From positions 437,453 through 501,452 of the forward strand of contig JAKLGJ010000002.1 in the NCBI GenBank assembly GCA_022710715.1: a DNA stretch of 64,000 nt, given 5' to 3'. The notes below the pieces were generated by a model that saw only the letters and a list, made by a program, of their open reading frames with translations, ran no database searches and was not told the origin of the DNA. A program made the position numbers and the translations under genes. Positions 8,590 to 17,928 of this stretch are shown piece after piece. Numbering within the stretch: position 1 is the stretch's first letter; each line of letters opens with the position of its first letter. Source of the DNA: Candidatus Omnitrophota bacterium. Its GTDB lineage: Bacteria; Omnitrophota; Gorgyraeia; Gygaellales; Profunditerraquicolaceae.

Positions 8590-9198
8590 TTAGAATTTGA
8601 AGCCGTTAAAACCCAGGAAGCTCAAGCTCATGATCGCCGCGATAATGAAACCCAGCGGGAAGTCGCGCAGCGCTTTGGGAACGTTGCACAGCTCGAGACG
8701 CTCCCGTATCGCCGACATCAATAGCATGGCCAGCATATATCCTATCCCCGCACAGATAGCCTGGAATACCGAATAAAAAAAGCTCGCCAGCACCGGGGTT
8801 GTATCGCTCATGAACATATCGGAATTCAATACGGCGATCCCCAGCACCGCGCAGTTGACCGTGATCAGCGGCAGATAAATGCCGAAAAGTTTATACAGAT
8901 GCGGCGCGGTCTTGCGCACGACCATCTCCACGAATTGCACGAATGCGGCGATGACCAGGATAAAAGAGATGGTGCGCAGATAGGTCATGTTAAAGGGAAT
9001 CAGCAGGAAACGGTAAATAAGCCAGGTGATGATCGCCGACATGGTGATCACGAACATTACCGCCATGCTCATGGCAAACGCGGGTTTGGTTTCTTTAGAG
9101 ATGGCGATGAAAGAACATAATCCCAGGAAGCGGGAGAGTATGACGTTGTTGATAAAGACCGCCGAAATGAAGATGCTTAAGAATACGCCGATATCCAT
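8590..9198 (-). CDS. rnfA: Rnf complex subunit A
   Basis: 202 aa polytopic membrane protein of the RnfA/NqrE family (MDIGVFLSIFISAVFINNVILSRFLGLC...). Confidence 0.85.
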   Translation of the reverse strand: MDIGVFLSIFISAVFINNVILSRFLGLCSFIAISKETKPAFAMSMAVMFVITMSAIITWLIYRFLLIPFNMTYLRTISFILVIAAFVQFVEMVVRKTAPHLYKLFGIYLPLITVNCAVLGIAVLNSDMFMSDTTPVLASFFYSVFQAICAGIGYMLAMLLMSAIRERLELCNVPKALRDFPLGFIIAAIMSLSFLGFNGFKF

Positions 9199-9797
9199 CA
9201 GTTCTTTTCCTTGAGATAATTAAAATAGCCCAGCAATAAACCGATCACGAGCAGCGCGCCGGAAGGCATCGCGATCATTGCCGCCGGTGCGAAATTTTTT
9301 GTTACCACGAAACCCGCGATTTTGCCCGCTCCCAGTAACTCGCGGATCGCGGAGATCAGGATCAGGGCTACGGTAAATCCCACGCCCATGCCCAGCGCGT
9401 CCAGGATCGAAGCGACAACGTTGTTTTTCGAAGCGAAGGCTTCGGCCCGTCCCAGGACCATGCAGTTGACCACGATCAGCGGCACATAGATGCCCAGCGC
9501 GCGGTTCAAGGCCGGGCTGTAAGCTTTCATGGACAGTTCGGCGATCGTGACGAAAGTGGCGATGACCACGATATAGCAGGGTATGCGCACTTTGTCCGGA
9601 ATGAAATTCTTCAGGAGCGCGATCATGATGTTCGAGCCCAGCAGGACAAACGTGGCAGCTACGCCCATGCCCACGGCGTTGGCGACGGAAATCGACACCG
9701 CCAGGGTCGGGCAGAGGCCCAGCGCCAGGACAAAGGTTGGGTTCTCCTTGATGATCCCTTTCCAGAATTCCAGGAACAAATTGTTCGTTTTAGCCAT
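9198..9797 (-). CDS. rnfE: Rnf complex subunit E
   Basis: 199 aa polytopic membrane protein of the RnfE/NqrD family (…LALGLCPTLAVS…). Confidence 0.85.
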   Translation of the reverse strand: MAKTNNLFLEFWKGIIKENPTFVLALGLCPTLAVSISVANAVGMGVAATFVLLGSNIMIALLKNFIPDKVRIPCYIVVIATFVTIAELSMKAYSPALNRALGIYVPLIVVNCMVLGRAEAFASKNNVVASILDALGMGVGFTVALILISAIRELLGAGKIAGFVVTKNFAPAAMIAMPSGALLVIGLLLGYFNYLKEKN

Positions 9798-9807
9798 TTT
9801 TTTTCGA

Positions 9808-9844
9808 GTTATCCACAGCCACTCCGGGACTGCCTGTGGATAAC
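9808..9844. repeat. palindromic element GTTATCCACAG-N15-CTGTGGATAAC in the rnfD-rnfE intercistronic gap (termini equal the DnaA-box 9-mer TTATCCACA)
   Basis: 11-bp perfect inverted repeat with a 15-nt loop CCACTCCGGGACTGC. The same core recurs in the 28726..28802 palindrome. Confidence 0.6.
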
Positions 9845-9845
9845 T

Positions 9846-10787
9846 TCAGGTCCCGTAGATACGCTTGCGGGTGTAGCGGTCGATGAGCGGCGTGGCCGCA
9901 TTCATCATCAGAATAGCGTATGAGACGCCTTCAGGGTATCCTCCCCAGAGGCGGATCACCGCGGTCAATACGCCGCAGCCGATGCCGAAAATAATCTGTC
10001 CCCTGGCGGTGAGCGGGGAAGTGACGTAATCCGTGGCCATGAAACAAGCGCCGAGCAGTAGCCCTCCGTTCAGGATATGGAAGAGCCAGTCGCCGGTGAA
10101 TGCGCCCTGCCGTCCGAAAATGAACATCAGCAAAGCCGTTGAGCCGATGAAGCTGACCGGGATGTGCCAGGAGATATAGCCGCGGATGAGCAGAAAAACC
10201 GCGCCGACGAGCAAAGCGATGATACAGACTTCGCCGATACATCCGCCGCGCAACCCCAGCAGCATATCCAGATAAGAGAGCGATTCTACGATCTTGCCTT
10301 CTTTCAGCGCGGCAAGAGGCGTGGCGCCGGTGACGGCGTCCGCTTTACCCAGGGGAGCGCAGAACGTGGTCATTGCCGCCGGCCAGGAAGCCATCAGGAA
10401 TGCTCTGCCTACCAGCGCAGGATTGAAAATGTTCTGGCCCAGCCCCCCGAATACCATTTTACCTATGGCAATAGCGAAACAGGACCCCGCGATCGGGATC
10501 CAGAAAGGGGCATTCGGCGGAATATTATAGGCCAGGAGTAATCCGGTCAAAACTGCGCTTCCATCCGCGATGCTGATCTTTGATTTCGAGAGGAATTGGA
10601 TCACCGCTTCCGTGGCTACCGCAGCCAGTATGGACCAGAGCGTCAGCCATAATGCCTGCAATCCGAAGATCACCACTGCGCCTATCCCGGCGGGTACGAG
10701 GCTCACGGTGACCATCCACATGATCCTGGCTGTGGTCTCGCGGGTGTGCACGTGCGGCGGGCTTCCTATGATCAGTTTGTTATCCAT
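9846..10787 (-). CDS. rnfD: Rnf complex subunit D
   Basis: 313 aa, polytopic. RnfD/NqrB motifs DAVTGATPL and MATDYVTSP. Confidence 0.85.
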   Translation of the reverse strand: MDNKLIIGSPPHVHTRETTARIMWMVTVSLVPAGIGAVVIFGLQALWLTLWSILAAVATEAVIQFLSKSKISIADGSAVLTGLLLAYNIPPNAPFWIPIAGSCFAIAIGKMVFGGLGQNIFNPALVGRAFLMASWPAAMTTFCAPLGKADAVTGATPLAALKEGKIVESLSYLDMLLGLRGGCIGEVCIIALLVGAVFLLIRGYISWHIPVSFIGSTALLMFIFGRQGAFTGDWLFHILNGGLLLGACFMATDYVTSPLTARGQIIFGIGCGVLTAVIRLWGGYPEGVSYAILMMNAATPLIDRYTRKRIYGT

Positions 10788-11370
10788 GCGTCAATAATTC
10801 CTTTATCTGCCGGGATTTTTGTTTTACGGAATCGATCACGGCTCCGGAAGAGATGGTCGCGCCGGTAATGGACTGCACTCCTTCCAGACCGGTCGCTTCT
10901 TTTTGAGAAAACTGTTCGGTAAACCATGGTTTCCGGGCGGTATCCGGTTTTTTCCCTTTGAACACGTCAAGAATGGTGACGTCGGTTTTTACTTCGTTGA
11001 TCTGCGATCCCAGCCCGGGAGTTTCGTTCTGGTTGAGCACTTTGATCGCGGTGATCGTCCCGTCAGGTTTCATGCCCACCATGGTTTCGATCATGCTGGA
11101 ATATCCTTTGCCCTGGGCGGTAAAAGCCACCCCGATCAGCGCGCGAGCGGCATCCAATCCTTTATAATAGAGAAGCGTATTGTTCTCCGGAGCCGTTACG
11201 GGTTCGAAGGAAACGGCTTCGGGTAAGACGTCCTTTAAGCTGTTTTCCAGTTCCAGGCGCGCCTGGGCTTCGATCCGGGGCCTGGTGGCTTTATCGACCG
11301 TAGCCAGTAATCCCGTAGCCACCAGGCAGATCATTCCCAGGATCAGACCGTGGTTGACGATCGTTTTCAT
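10780..11370 (-). CDS. rnfG: Rnf complex subunit G (FMN-binding)
   Basis: 196 aa with an N-terminal TM and the FMN_bind motif SITGATISSGAV. Confidence 0.85.
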   Translation of the reverse strand: MKTIVNHGLILGMICLVATGLLATVDKATRPRIEAQARLELENSLKDVLPEAVSFEPVTAPENNTLLYYKGLDAARALIGVAFTAQGKGYSSMIETMVGMKPDGTITAIKVLNQNETPGLGSQINEVKTDVTILDVFKGKKPDTARKPWFTEQFSQKEATGLEGVQSITGATISSGAVIDSVKQKSRQIKELLTHG

Positions 11371-12674
11371 CGCGGGGCCTCGAGTTTTACCCGTTTAATG
11401 GACTGTACTATTCTGCGGTTAGAGGGGCAGACGAAATTACACAAGCCGCATTCAATGCAATCAAGAGCCCCGTAGGTTTTTGCTTCTGCCCAGAAACTCT
11501 TGTTCGATGCCTGGTTGATCAATGCAGGCGTCGCTCCCATCGGGCATTCCCGGATGCACGCCCCGCAGCGGATGCAGGGTAATTCTTCCGCGCGCCGGGC
11601 TTCCCGCTTGCCGAGCAGAATGATGCCGGTGGTGGATTTGATCACCGGGATCTGGTCGGTAAACTGGGCGATGCCCATCATCGGGCCGCCGGCAATGATT
11701 TTGACCGGCGTTTCTTTGAGCGGACCGCAGGCGTCGATCAGGTATTTGACCGGCGTGCCGATACGCGCCAGCAGATTCTTCGGCGTGGTCAGGCAACCGC
11801 CTGTTACCGTGACCACCCGTTCGATCAGGGGCTTGTTTTTATACACAGCTTCGTATATGGCGTAAACAGTGCCGACATTCTGCACGGTTACTCCGACATC
11901 GAAAGGCAATTTCCCCCGGGGGACCTCGGTCTTGAGAATTTTCTGGACCAGTTGCTTTTCTCCTCCCTGGGGATACTGGGATTTGAGCACCGCCATCTCC
12001 GCCTCGATCCCGTTGATTTTCCAGGAGCGTTGCGCGAGCTCTTTTGTAAGAACGGCGATGGCTTCAGGCGTATTGTCTTCGATGGAGATGTAGATCTTCT
12101 GTAAGGGAAAGCAACGCGCTTCCAGTTCTATCCCGGCAATGATCTCGGGGGCTTTTTCCGCCACCAGTTGGGAGTCATTGGTCAGGTAGGGTTCGCATTC
12201 GGCGATATTTATCAGCAGGCAATGCACGGGTTTCGGAGGGTTGAGCTTGATGTGCGTGGGAAAGGCCGCGCCTCCCATGCCGATGACCCCGGCGCGGAAG
12301 ATCGATTCGCGTATCTGTTCGGGCGTGAGCTTTCCGGCAGCTTCGGGGGAAAGGTTTTTTCCGAATTCAGGCGCCGCGGAGTCTTTGCCGTCGTTCTCGA
12401 TCACTATCGCTTTGCAGGCTCCCAGAGTCGGATGCGGCCAACTCTGAATCGCGGCGATCTTACCGGAAACAGAAGCATGAATGGGCGCAAATGGCTGCGC
12501 CTGGGCAGTGGAAAGCAACTGTCCTTTGAGCACGGTGTCCCCGATCTTTACCTGGAGACAATCGCATATCTTGCCCAGATGTTGCGAGAGGGGGATGTAA
12601 ACGATCGGCGCAGCGGCCAGGACTTCGATCTTTTTATGTTCGGTGTAAAACTTGTTTTCTTCTATTTTTACCAT
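11367..12674 (-). CDS. rnfC: Rnf complex subunit C (NADH-binding, 2x[4Fe-4S])
   Basis: 435 aa. CIRCGACIRECP and CIECGLCNFVCP ferredoxin motifs, RnfC N-terminal barrel sandwich. Confidence 0.85.
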   Translation of the reverse strand: MVKIEENKFYTEHKKIEVLAAAPIVYIPLSQHLGKICDCLQVKIGDTVLKGQLLSTAQAQPFAPIHASVSGKIAAIQSWPHPTLGACKAIVIENDGKDSAAPEFGKNLSPEAAGKLTPEQIRESIFRAGVIGMGGAAFPTHIKLNPPKPVHCLLINIAECEPYLTNDSQLVAEKAPEIIAGIELEARCFPLQKIYISIEDNTPEAIAVLTKELAQRSWKINGIEAEMAVLKSQYPQGGEKQLVQKILKTEVPRGKLPFDVGVTVQNVGTVYAIYEAVYKNKPLIERVVTVTGGCLTTPKNLLARIGTPVKYLIDACGPLKETPVKIIAGGPMMGIAQFTDQIPVIKSTTGIILLGKREARRAEELPCIRCGACIRECPMGATPALINQASNKSFWAEAKTYGALDCIECGLCNFVCPSNRRIVQSIKRVKLEAPR

Positions 12675-13918
12675 GGGGTTTTACGATGGACTACAAGCTG
12701 AAAGATCCCCAGCGCAGCTATTGTCGTGCCGACAGTGACAAGAATATACTGCGGGGGGATGTGTTCTGCCAGGATGCTGGTCAGGAACATGAACACCAGA
12801 AAGGCCAGGTGCATCACTATTTCCAATGAACTGAATATCTTGCCCATCATCTGCTGATCGCTGGCGTTGTGGATGATAGTGTTGGAAGCGATCATGATCG
12901 GGGCAATGACCATGCCCAGGAGCAGGGCTAATAGCGCCGCGATGCTGAAATCAGGGTAATAGCTTATTCCGAGAACAAATCCGATAAGCATTATACCACT
13001 GGCCACCAGAGAGTAAAAGATAATTTTATAATGGGAGATGCGCTGCCCGAATCGGCCGTAGACCAGTGATCCCAGGAAAAGGCCTATGCCCAGGAACATG
13101 ATCAGAAGTCCCAGATCTCTGGTCCCGGAATGTAACATGTTCTGTACGAATACGATAATCACTACATACACCGCGCCTAAAGCGGACCAGAGTCCGAAAA
13201 TCAGGCTGGAGGTAAAACGGATCTCTTTGGCTTTGAGAAAGTAAACAACGCCTTCTTTGACGTCATGCCAGATGGACTTCTGTATGGCTTTGACCAGGTC
13301 GCGGCTTAATTCTTTGATGTCCACCTTGTGATGGCCGTTTTTCCTGCTGATCAGGAAGATCAGGATTCCCGAGACCAGGAAGCTGATGCTGTCCAGGAAA
13401 AAGCCGCTCTGGGCCCCCAGCCATTCCACGATCAAGCCGCTGATGCCGAATCCCAGGACAGCGGCGATCATCCCGGTGGTATTGATCAGAGAGTTTGCCA
13501 GGAGCAGATCTTTCTGTCCGACCAATTGCGGAATGATCGAGAGTTTAGCCGGGACAAAGAATCTGCCGATGGAGAAAGCCAGAAAGATGATCAGATAGAT
13601 CCAGATAAAAGAGCCCTTATTAAAGAGGAAGAGGGGAATGATCACTACCAGCAGGGCGCGCAGCAAATCGCACACATACATGGTTTTGCGTCTGTCCCAG
13701 CGGTCGACATAGGCGCCGGCCAGCGGCCCGATGAGGAATACGGGAATAATGGTGAAAGAGAGCAGCTTGGCGATTTGCAGGGATGAGCCGGGAGCTTTGA
13801 CATAGACCAGGCCGATCAGCGCCATCTGGCTCAACCGGTCCCCTAACTGCGAAATGATCTGGCCGGCCCAGAGGAGAGTGAAGTCGCGATTGCAAAACAC
13901 TTTTCTAAAGTTTGACAA
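12668..13918 (-). CDS. MFS transporter
   Basis: 416 aa with about 12 TMs. N-terminal DFTLLWAGQIISQLGDRL is typical of MFS_1. The stop overlaps the rnfC start. Confidence 0.7.
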   Translation of the reverse strand: MSNFRKVFCNRDFTLLWAGQIISQLGDRLSQMALIGLVYVKAPGSSLQIAKLLSFTIIPVFLIGPLAGAYVDRWDRRKTMYVCDLLRALLVVIIPLFLFNKGSFIWIYLIIFLAFSIGRFFVPAKLSIIPQLVGQKDLLLANSLINTTGMIAAVLGFGISGLIVEWLGAQSGFFLDSISFLVSGILIFLISRKNGHHKVDIKELSRDLVKAIQKSIWHDVKEGVVYFLKAKEIRFTSSLIFGLWSALGAVYVVIIVFVQNMLHSGTRDLGLLIMFLGIGLFLGSLVYGRFGQRISHYKIIFYSLVASGIMLIGFVLGISYYPDFSIAALLALLLGMVIAPIMIASNTIIHNASDQQMMGKIFSSLEIVMHLAFLVFMFLTSILAEHIPPQYILVTVGTTIAALGIFQLVVHRKTPW

Positions 13919-13972
13919 GCGAAGTCCCTTTTGCTTGGCAATGCCAGGTCCGGGCCGATGAAAAGAAATTAA

Positions 13973-14045
13973 AGCCGGCGGAGGGAATTGAACCCACGAC
14001 CCACGATTTACGAAACCGTTGCTCTACCAACTGAGCTACGCCGGC
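13973..14045 (-). tRNA. tRNA-Thr (anticodon CGU); CCA not encoded
   Basis: Minus strand reads GCCGGCGTAGCTCAGTTGGTAGAGCAACGGTTTCGTAAATCGTGGGTCGTGGGTTCAATTCCCTCCGCCGGCT. It folds as a cloverleaf with anticodon loop UUCGUAA. The T-stem has one U-U mismatch. Confidence 0.8.
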
Positions 14046-14090
14046 AAGATGAAGACAACAGATGCAAAAAATCAACATCGGTAACAATCA

Positions 14091-14118
14091 ATTATAGCAA
14101 TTTTTGCTCAATAGTCAA
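14091..14118 (-). promoter_or_regulatory. candidate sigma-70 promoter for tRNA-Thr and the downstream MFS-rnf operon (TTGACT-16-TATAAT on the minus strand)
   Basis: Minus strand reads TTGACTattgagcaaaaattgcTATAAT about 45 nt upstream of the mature tRNA 5' end, in a strongly AT-rich island. Confidence 0.5.
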
Positions 14119-14170
14119 TAATATTGGACGATAATACTAAAAAAGAAACTACATTAATAATTAAAAATAC

Positions 14171-14199
14171 TTGACTTATGTTTTTAGACGTAGTATAAA
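14171..14199 (+). promoter_or_regulatory. candidate sigma-70 promoter for the ROK regulator gene (TTGACT-17-TATAAA)
   Basis: TTGACTtatgtttttagacgtagTATAAA about 40 nt upstream of the ATG at 14238. Confidence 0.55.
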
Positions 14200-14237
14200 T
14201 AAACCATTAAGATTTTTATTCGTCTCGAAAGGACTCA

Positions 14238-15479
14238 TTGTCTATGCATCCTATCAATTTTCAATCAGATAGCCTCTCCGAGAAAGAAAAACGCAACATC
14301 GACATTCTGGAAATCCTCCGCAAACGCGGCCCGATCAGTCGGCCGGACATCTCCAAAGAAATCGGCATCAATGTAGTTACCGTCTCCAATTACATTGATG
14401 ATTTTATCAAGCATAACCTGGTGTATGAAAAAGAGCTGGATATTTCCGAAGGCGGCAGAAGGCCGGTATTGCTGGACCTTAATCCGCAGGGCGGATACAT
14501 CGTCGGTGTCGGGTTGAACCTGATGAACATCGTCGGGGTGCTGGTCGATCTCAAAGGTAATATCATCACCAAGACGCAGATCGCCCGCCCCAAACCGTCG
14601 GTAAAAGAGATCACCGAATGTCTGCTGGAAGTGATCCGCGAAATTTTCCGCCGCTCCAAAGAGTATACCGCGAACATCAAAGGCATCGGCGTCGGCATCG
14701 CCGGCCTGGTGAACAAGCAGGATGGTTCGATCCACTGGCCGCAGAAGATGGATCATTATTATACGTACGCGTCGGTGGACCTGCCGTTGAAGAATTTAAT
14801 CGAGAGGGAATTTGATCTGCCTACCCTGATCGAGAACGACGCTACCAGCGCCGCGTTCGGCGAGTACTGGCTGGGGATAGAAGCGAATATTAAAAATCTG
14901 GTTTATATGTTTTCCGGCGTGGGATGCGGTCTGGTGATCAACGGACAGATCTACCGCGGCAGTCAGGGGTACGCCGGAGAAGTGTCCATTTACAATTTCA
15001 AAGAACAGGATGCTTTCAAATGCGAGCCGGGCAATCCCTGCTTCTTGAAACGGTGGGAAGTCGACCTGGGCATCATCGACGACCTGAAAGCGATCCTTTC
15101 CAGGGATAAAGAGGCGGCGGAGCGTTTTTTCAAACTGACCTCGGCGAACATGGATAATGTCGATCTGAAGAGCGTTTTTATCGCTAATCGGGCCAAAGAC
15201 CCGGTAGTGTCCGCAGTGTTGGAAAAGGCCGCGCAGCGTCTTGGGGTCAAGATCGCTTATCTGGCCAATTTCCTTAACCCCGAAATGGTCGTGCTGGGCG
15301 GTGGCATGGAAGAAGCGGGGGAAGCGTTCCTGAACAAGGTGACTGCTACGGTCAAAGAATGGGCATTCCGGGAAGTCACCGAGGATTTGAAAATTGTCTA
15401 TTCACAGCTGCGGGAGAATGCCGTGGCTTTGGGCGCCGCAAGCCTGGTCATGCAGAAGGTTTTTGCCCAGCTTTGGTGA
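14238..15479 (+). CDS. ROK family transcriptional regulator (NagC/XylR-like; N-terminal HTH plus sugar-kinase fold)
   Basis: N-terminal wHTH (ILEILRKRGPISRPDISKEIGINVVTVSNYI), glycine-rich GVGLN...IGVGIAGLV and the ROK signature region. Confidence 0.75.
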   Translation: MSMHPINFQSDSLSEKEKRNIDILEILRKRGPISRPDISKEIGINVVTVSNYIDDFIKHNLVYEKELDISEGGRRPVLLDLNPQGGYIVGVGLNLMNIVGVLVDLKGNIITKTQIARPKPSVKEITECLLEVIREIFRRSKEYTANIKGIGVGIAGLVNKQDGSIHWPQKMDHYYTYASVDLPLKNLIEREFDLPTLIENDATSAAFGEYWLGIEANIKNLVYMFSGVGCGLVINGQIYRGSQGYAGEVSIYNFKEQDAFKCEPGNPCFLKRWEVDLGIIDDLKAILSRDKEAAERFFKLTSANMDNVDLKSVFIANRAKDPVVSAVLEKAAQRLGVKIAYLANFLNPEMVVLGGGMEEAGEAFLNKVTATVKEWAFREVTEDLKIVYSQLRENAVALGAASLVMQKVFAQLW

Positions 15480-15491
15480 AAGGGAGGATGA

Positions 15492-16703
15492 ATGCCGGAT
15501 AAGATAAAATATATTATCGGTGGCGTCGTGGGTGTCGCTGTTCTCATTATAATAATTCTGCTTGGGGCAAAGATAAAGACCCTGGAAAAACAGAACGATG
15601 ATTTGACCACGGAGAATACCGTTCTGGGGCAAAAGATAGACGCGTTGACTAAAGAGCGGAAGGGCCTTCAGGACAAGGTCAACTCGCTGGGCGAAGAAAT
15701 GTCCAAACTGAACCAGAAGAAGACCGAGCTCGAGCAAAAATTCGACTTGCTCGTAAAGGATAAGGATCAGCTGCAGAAAAAAGTGGATGAACTGGTCAAT
15801 GAAAAAGCCAAACTGGAAAACAAGGTAGGCGAAGCCGCCAAGCAGCCGGTGGTTCCCGATGATAGTTACTGGGCCGGCGTGTTAAAGCAGAAAGCCGCTA
15901 TGGAACTGCGCGCGCAGGCGCTTGAGGATCAGGTCAAGATGCTTAAAACCGCGGCAGACCAGTTGTTGCTGGATCGCAACAATCTTACGCTGGAATTAAG
16001 CAATGTCAGCCGCGACAGCCAGGACGCTCAAAAGACCTATGAGTATAACCAGAAGCTGGCCGATACGCTGACACAGGACCTGGCCCGGGAAAAAATGGAT
16101 AAGATGGACCTGGCCAAACGCTTTGACAGTCTTCGGACCGATAATAAGATCCTGCGACAGCAGTTGCGCAGCGTCAGCGACAGCAAGGTCAGGCTGGAGA
16201 AACAATTATCCGAATTGCAGGCCAAGAATACTACCCTGGAAAGCAGCCTGAACAATATGGAAGCTTTCGTTAAGCAGCAGCTTTATCAGATGGATACCCT
16301 GCGCGGCGAGCTGGAGACCAATAAGGGCAAGAAATTCATCAAGAAGGACGCTTCTTCCCAGTATGACCTGATTCCTCAAGATTCTACGCTGGGGCAGGGC
16401 AAGGATTCGGCCGTGCAACTGGCGCCGATAGTCGTGCGTCCGCAGATGTCCGCCCGGTTAAGCGCTCCGGAAACCCTGCAGGTGACCGGTCAGGGCAGGA
16501 TCCTGTCGCTGGACAGGGACAATAATTTCGCGGTTGTCGATCTGGGAAAATCGCACGGGGTCAGCCTCGGCGATACCTTTAAAGTATACAGGCAGGGGCA
16601 GCGTATTGCCGTTCTGGAAGTTATTCAGCTGCGGGACAAAATCGCTGCCTGCGACATCAAACAGGAGACATCGCCCGTGCAAGTGGGCGATGCGGTGCAA
16701 TAA
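15492..16703 (+). CDS. membrane-anchored coiled-coil protein with a C-terminal beta-rich domain, function unknown
   Basis: N-terminal TM, about 300 aa of heptad-rich, Q/K/E/L-rich sequence, and a C-terminal ...ILSLDRDNNFAVVDLGKSHGVSLGDTFKVYRQGQRIAVLEV. Confidence 0.5.
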   Translation: MPDKIKYIIGGVVGVAVLIIIILLGAKIKTLEKQNDDLTTENTVLGQKIDALTKERKGLQDKVNSLGEEMSKLNQKKTELEQKFDLLVKDKDQLQKKVDELVNEKAKLENKVGEAAKQPVVPDDSYWAGVLKQKAAMELRAQALEDQVKMLKTAADQLLLDRNNLTLELSNVSRDSQDAQKTYEYNQKLADTLTQDLAREKMDKMDLAKRFDSLRTDNKILRQQLRSVSDSKVRLEKQLSELQAKNTTLESSLNNMEAFVKQQLYQMDTLRGELETNKGKKFIKKDASSQYDLIPQDSTLGQGKDSAVQLAPIVVRPQMSARLSAPETLQVTGQGRILSLDRDNNFAVVDLGKSHGVSLGDTFKVYRQGQRIAVLEVIQLRDKIAACDIKQETSPVQVGDAVQ

Positions 16704-17731
16704 TGAGAAAAGGATCTACTTCTAAAACGTTATCGATCAAGGACGTCGCCAAGCTTGCCGGCGTGTCTATCAGCACCGTTTCGCGCGTGATCAACAAGAA
16801 TTCCGGCGTCAAGAACCGGAATCTTTCGAAGGTGCAGGACGCGATCAAGCAGCTTAATTTCAAACCGTCGGTTTTCGCGCAGCGGCTGGCTACCGGAAAA
16901 AGCAACGTCATCTCGCTGGTTATTCCCCGCTTTGAGGGTATATTTTATTCTTTTTACGTCCTGGAGTTGATCCGCGGTATCGGGACAATGGCTGCGGTAA
17001 TGAATCTGGATCTGCTGTTGCATTTGAGCGACGAGCGGTCGAATCTTAATTTCAACGGGATCGGCGGCGTGATCTTTGCCGACCTGATCAAGAATAAGCC
17101 GTTTGTCGAAGACGCGGTCGCGCGCAACATCCCCACCGTGGTGATCAATAATTATGTCGAAGATATGAACGTCAACTGCATTGCCATCGATAATAAAGGC
17201 GGCGCGGAACACGCCGTTAATTATCTCATCGGCCTGGGGCATAAAAAAATAGCGCACATCACCGGCGAGTTATTCACTCAAGCGGCGGCCCATCGTTTCG
17301 AAGGATATAAAGCCGCGCTGAAGAAACATAATCTGCCCCTGGAAGACCGCTATGTGGTCAAGACCGATTATTCCCGCGGGCAGGCCCGCGCCGCCGCCGA
17401 GAGATTGTTGAAACTTCCCGATGCGCCTACGGCTATTTTTGTAGCTTCGGATTCCATGGCGCTGGAAGTTATGGCAGTTGCCAGGGAGCTGGGGATCCGC
17501 ATTCCGGCGGACATTTCGATCGTGGGTTTCGACGATAATCCATCAGGGCTCTATGGCCCGGTTGCTTTGACTACGGTAAGACAGCCGCTGGTGAAAATGG
17601 CGCAGGATTCGCTTAAGGAGCTCAATGCGCTCATGAATCTCAAGAAAAAGGCCGGGGTCAAGAAAGTGTATTTGCCTACGGAACTGGTCGTTCGTGAGTC
17701 TTGCCAATCGCCGCAGTCCGCGCACACGTAA
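16703..17731 (+). CDS. LacI family transcriptional regulator
   Basis: N-terminal HTH LSIKDVAKLAGVSISTVSRVIN followed by a periplasmic-binding-protein-like domain. The ATG overlaps the previous stop (TAATG). Confidence 0.8.
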   Translation: MRKGSTSKTLSIKDVAKLAGVSISTVSRVINKNSGVKNRNLSKVQDAIKQLNFKPSVFAQRLATGKSNVISLVIPRFEGIFYSFYVLELIRGIGTMAAVMNLDLLLHLSDERSNLNFNGIGGVIFADLIKNKPFVEDAVARNIPTVVINNYVEDMNVNCIAIDNKGGAEHAVNYLIGLGHKKIAHITGELFTQAAAHRFEGYKAALKKHNLPLEDRYVVKTDYSRGQARAAAERLLKLPDAPTAIFVASDSMALEVMAVARELGIRIPADISIVGFDDNPSGLYGPVALTTVRQPLVKMAQDSLKELNALMNLKKKAGVKKVYLPTELVVRESCQSPQSAHT

Positions 17732-17805
17732 GTACAAGCCTACGCAGTAAGGTTCTTTCAGACATCCATATCCAGCCACAACAGGTAGTACCCGTCGCTA
17801 TTAAG

Positions 17806-17822
17806 TACACAATATGTTGTAT
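17806..17822. promoter_or_regulatory. candidate NrdR box upstream of nrdJ
   Basis: ACACAATATGTTGTAT matches the NrdR consensus aCaCwAtATaTwGtGt at about 14 of 16 positions. It is immediately 5' of the -35. Only one box is seen. Confidence 0.3.
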
Positions 17823-17830
17823 TTTTTTTG

Positions 17831-17859
17831 TTGACAAAGCGCATCAGCCGCAGTATACT
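17831..17859 (+). promoter_or_regulatory. candidate sigma-70 promoter for nrdJ (TTGACA-17-TATACT)
   Basis: TTGACAaagcgcatcagccgcagTATACT about 70 nt upstream of the nrdJ ATG. Confidence 0.55.
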
Positions 17860-17928
17860 AAAAAAATGCTTCAGGGTTTTCGGATTATTAACCATCATCG
17901 TCATCGATGAGCGAGTCAGGAGGAAGAT

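Noticed and set aside
9808-9844. Chromosomal replication origin (oriC) suggested by perfect DnaA-box 9-mers TTATCCACA
   Set aside because: Only two boxes per element, embedded in palindromes. No dnaA/dnaN genes, no AT-rich DNA-unwinding element, and no box cluster nearby. It is more consistent with a REP-like palindromic repeat family.
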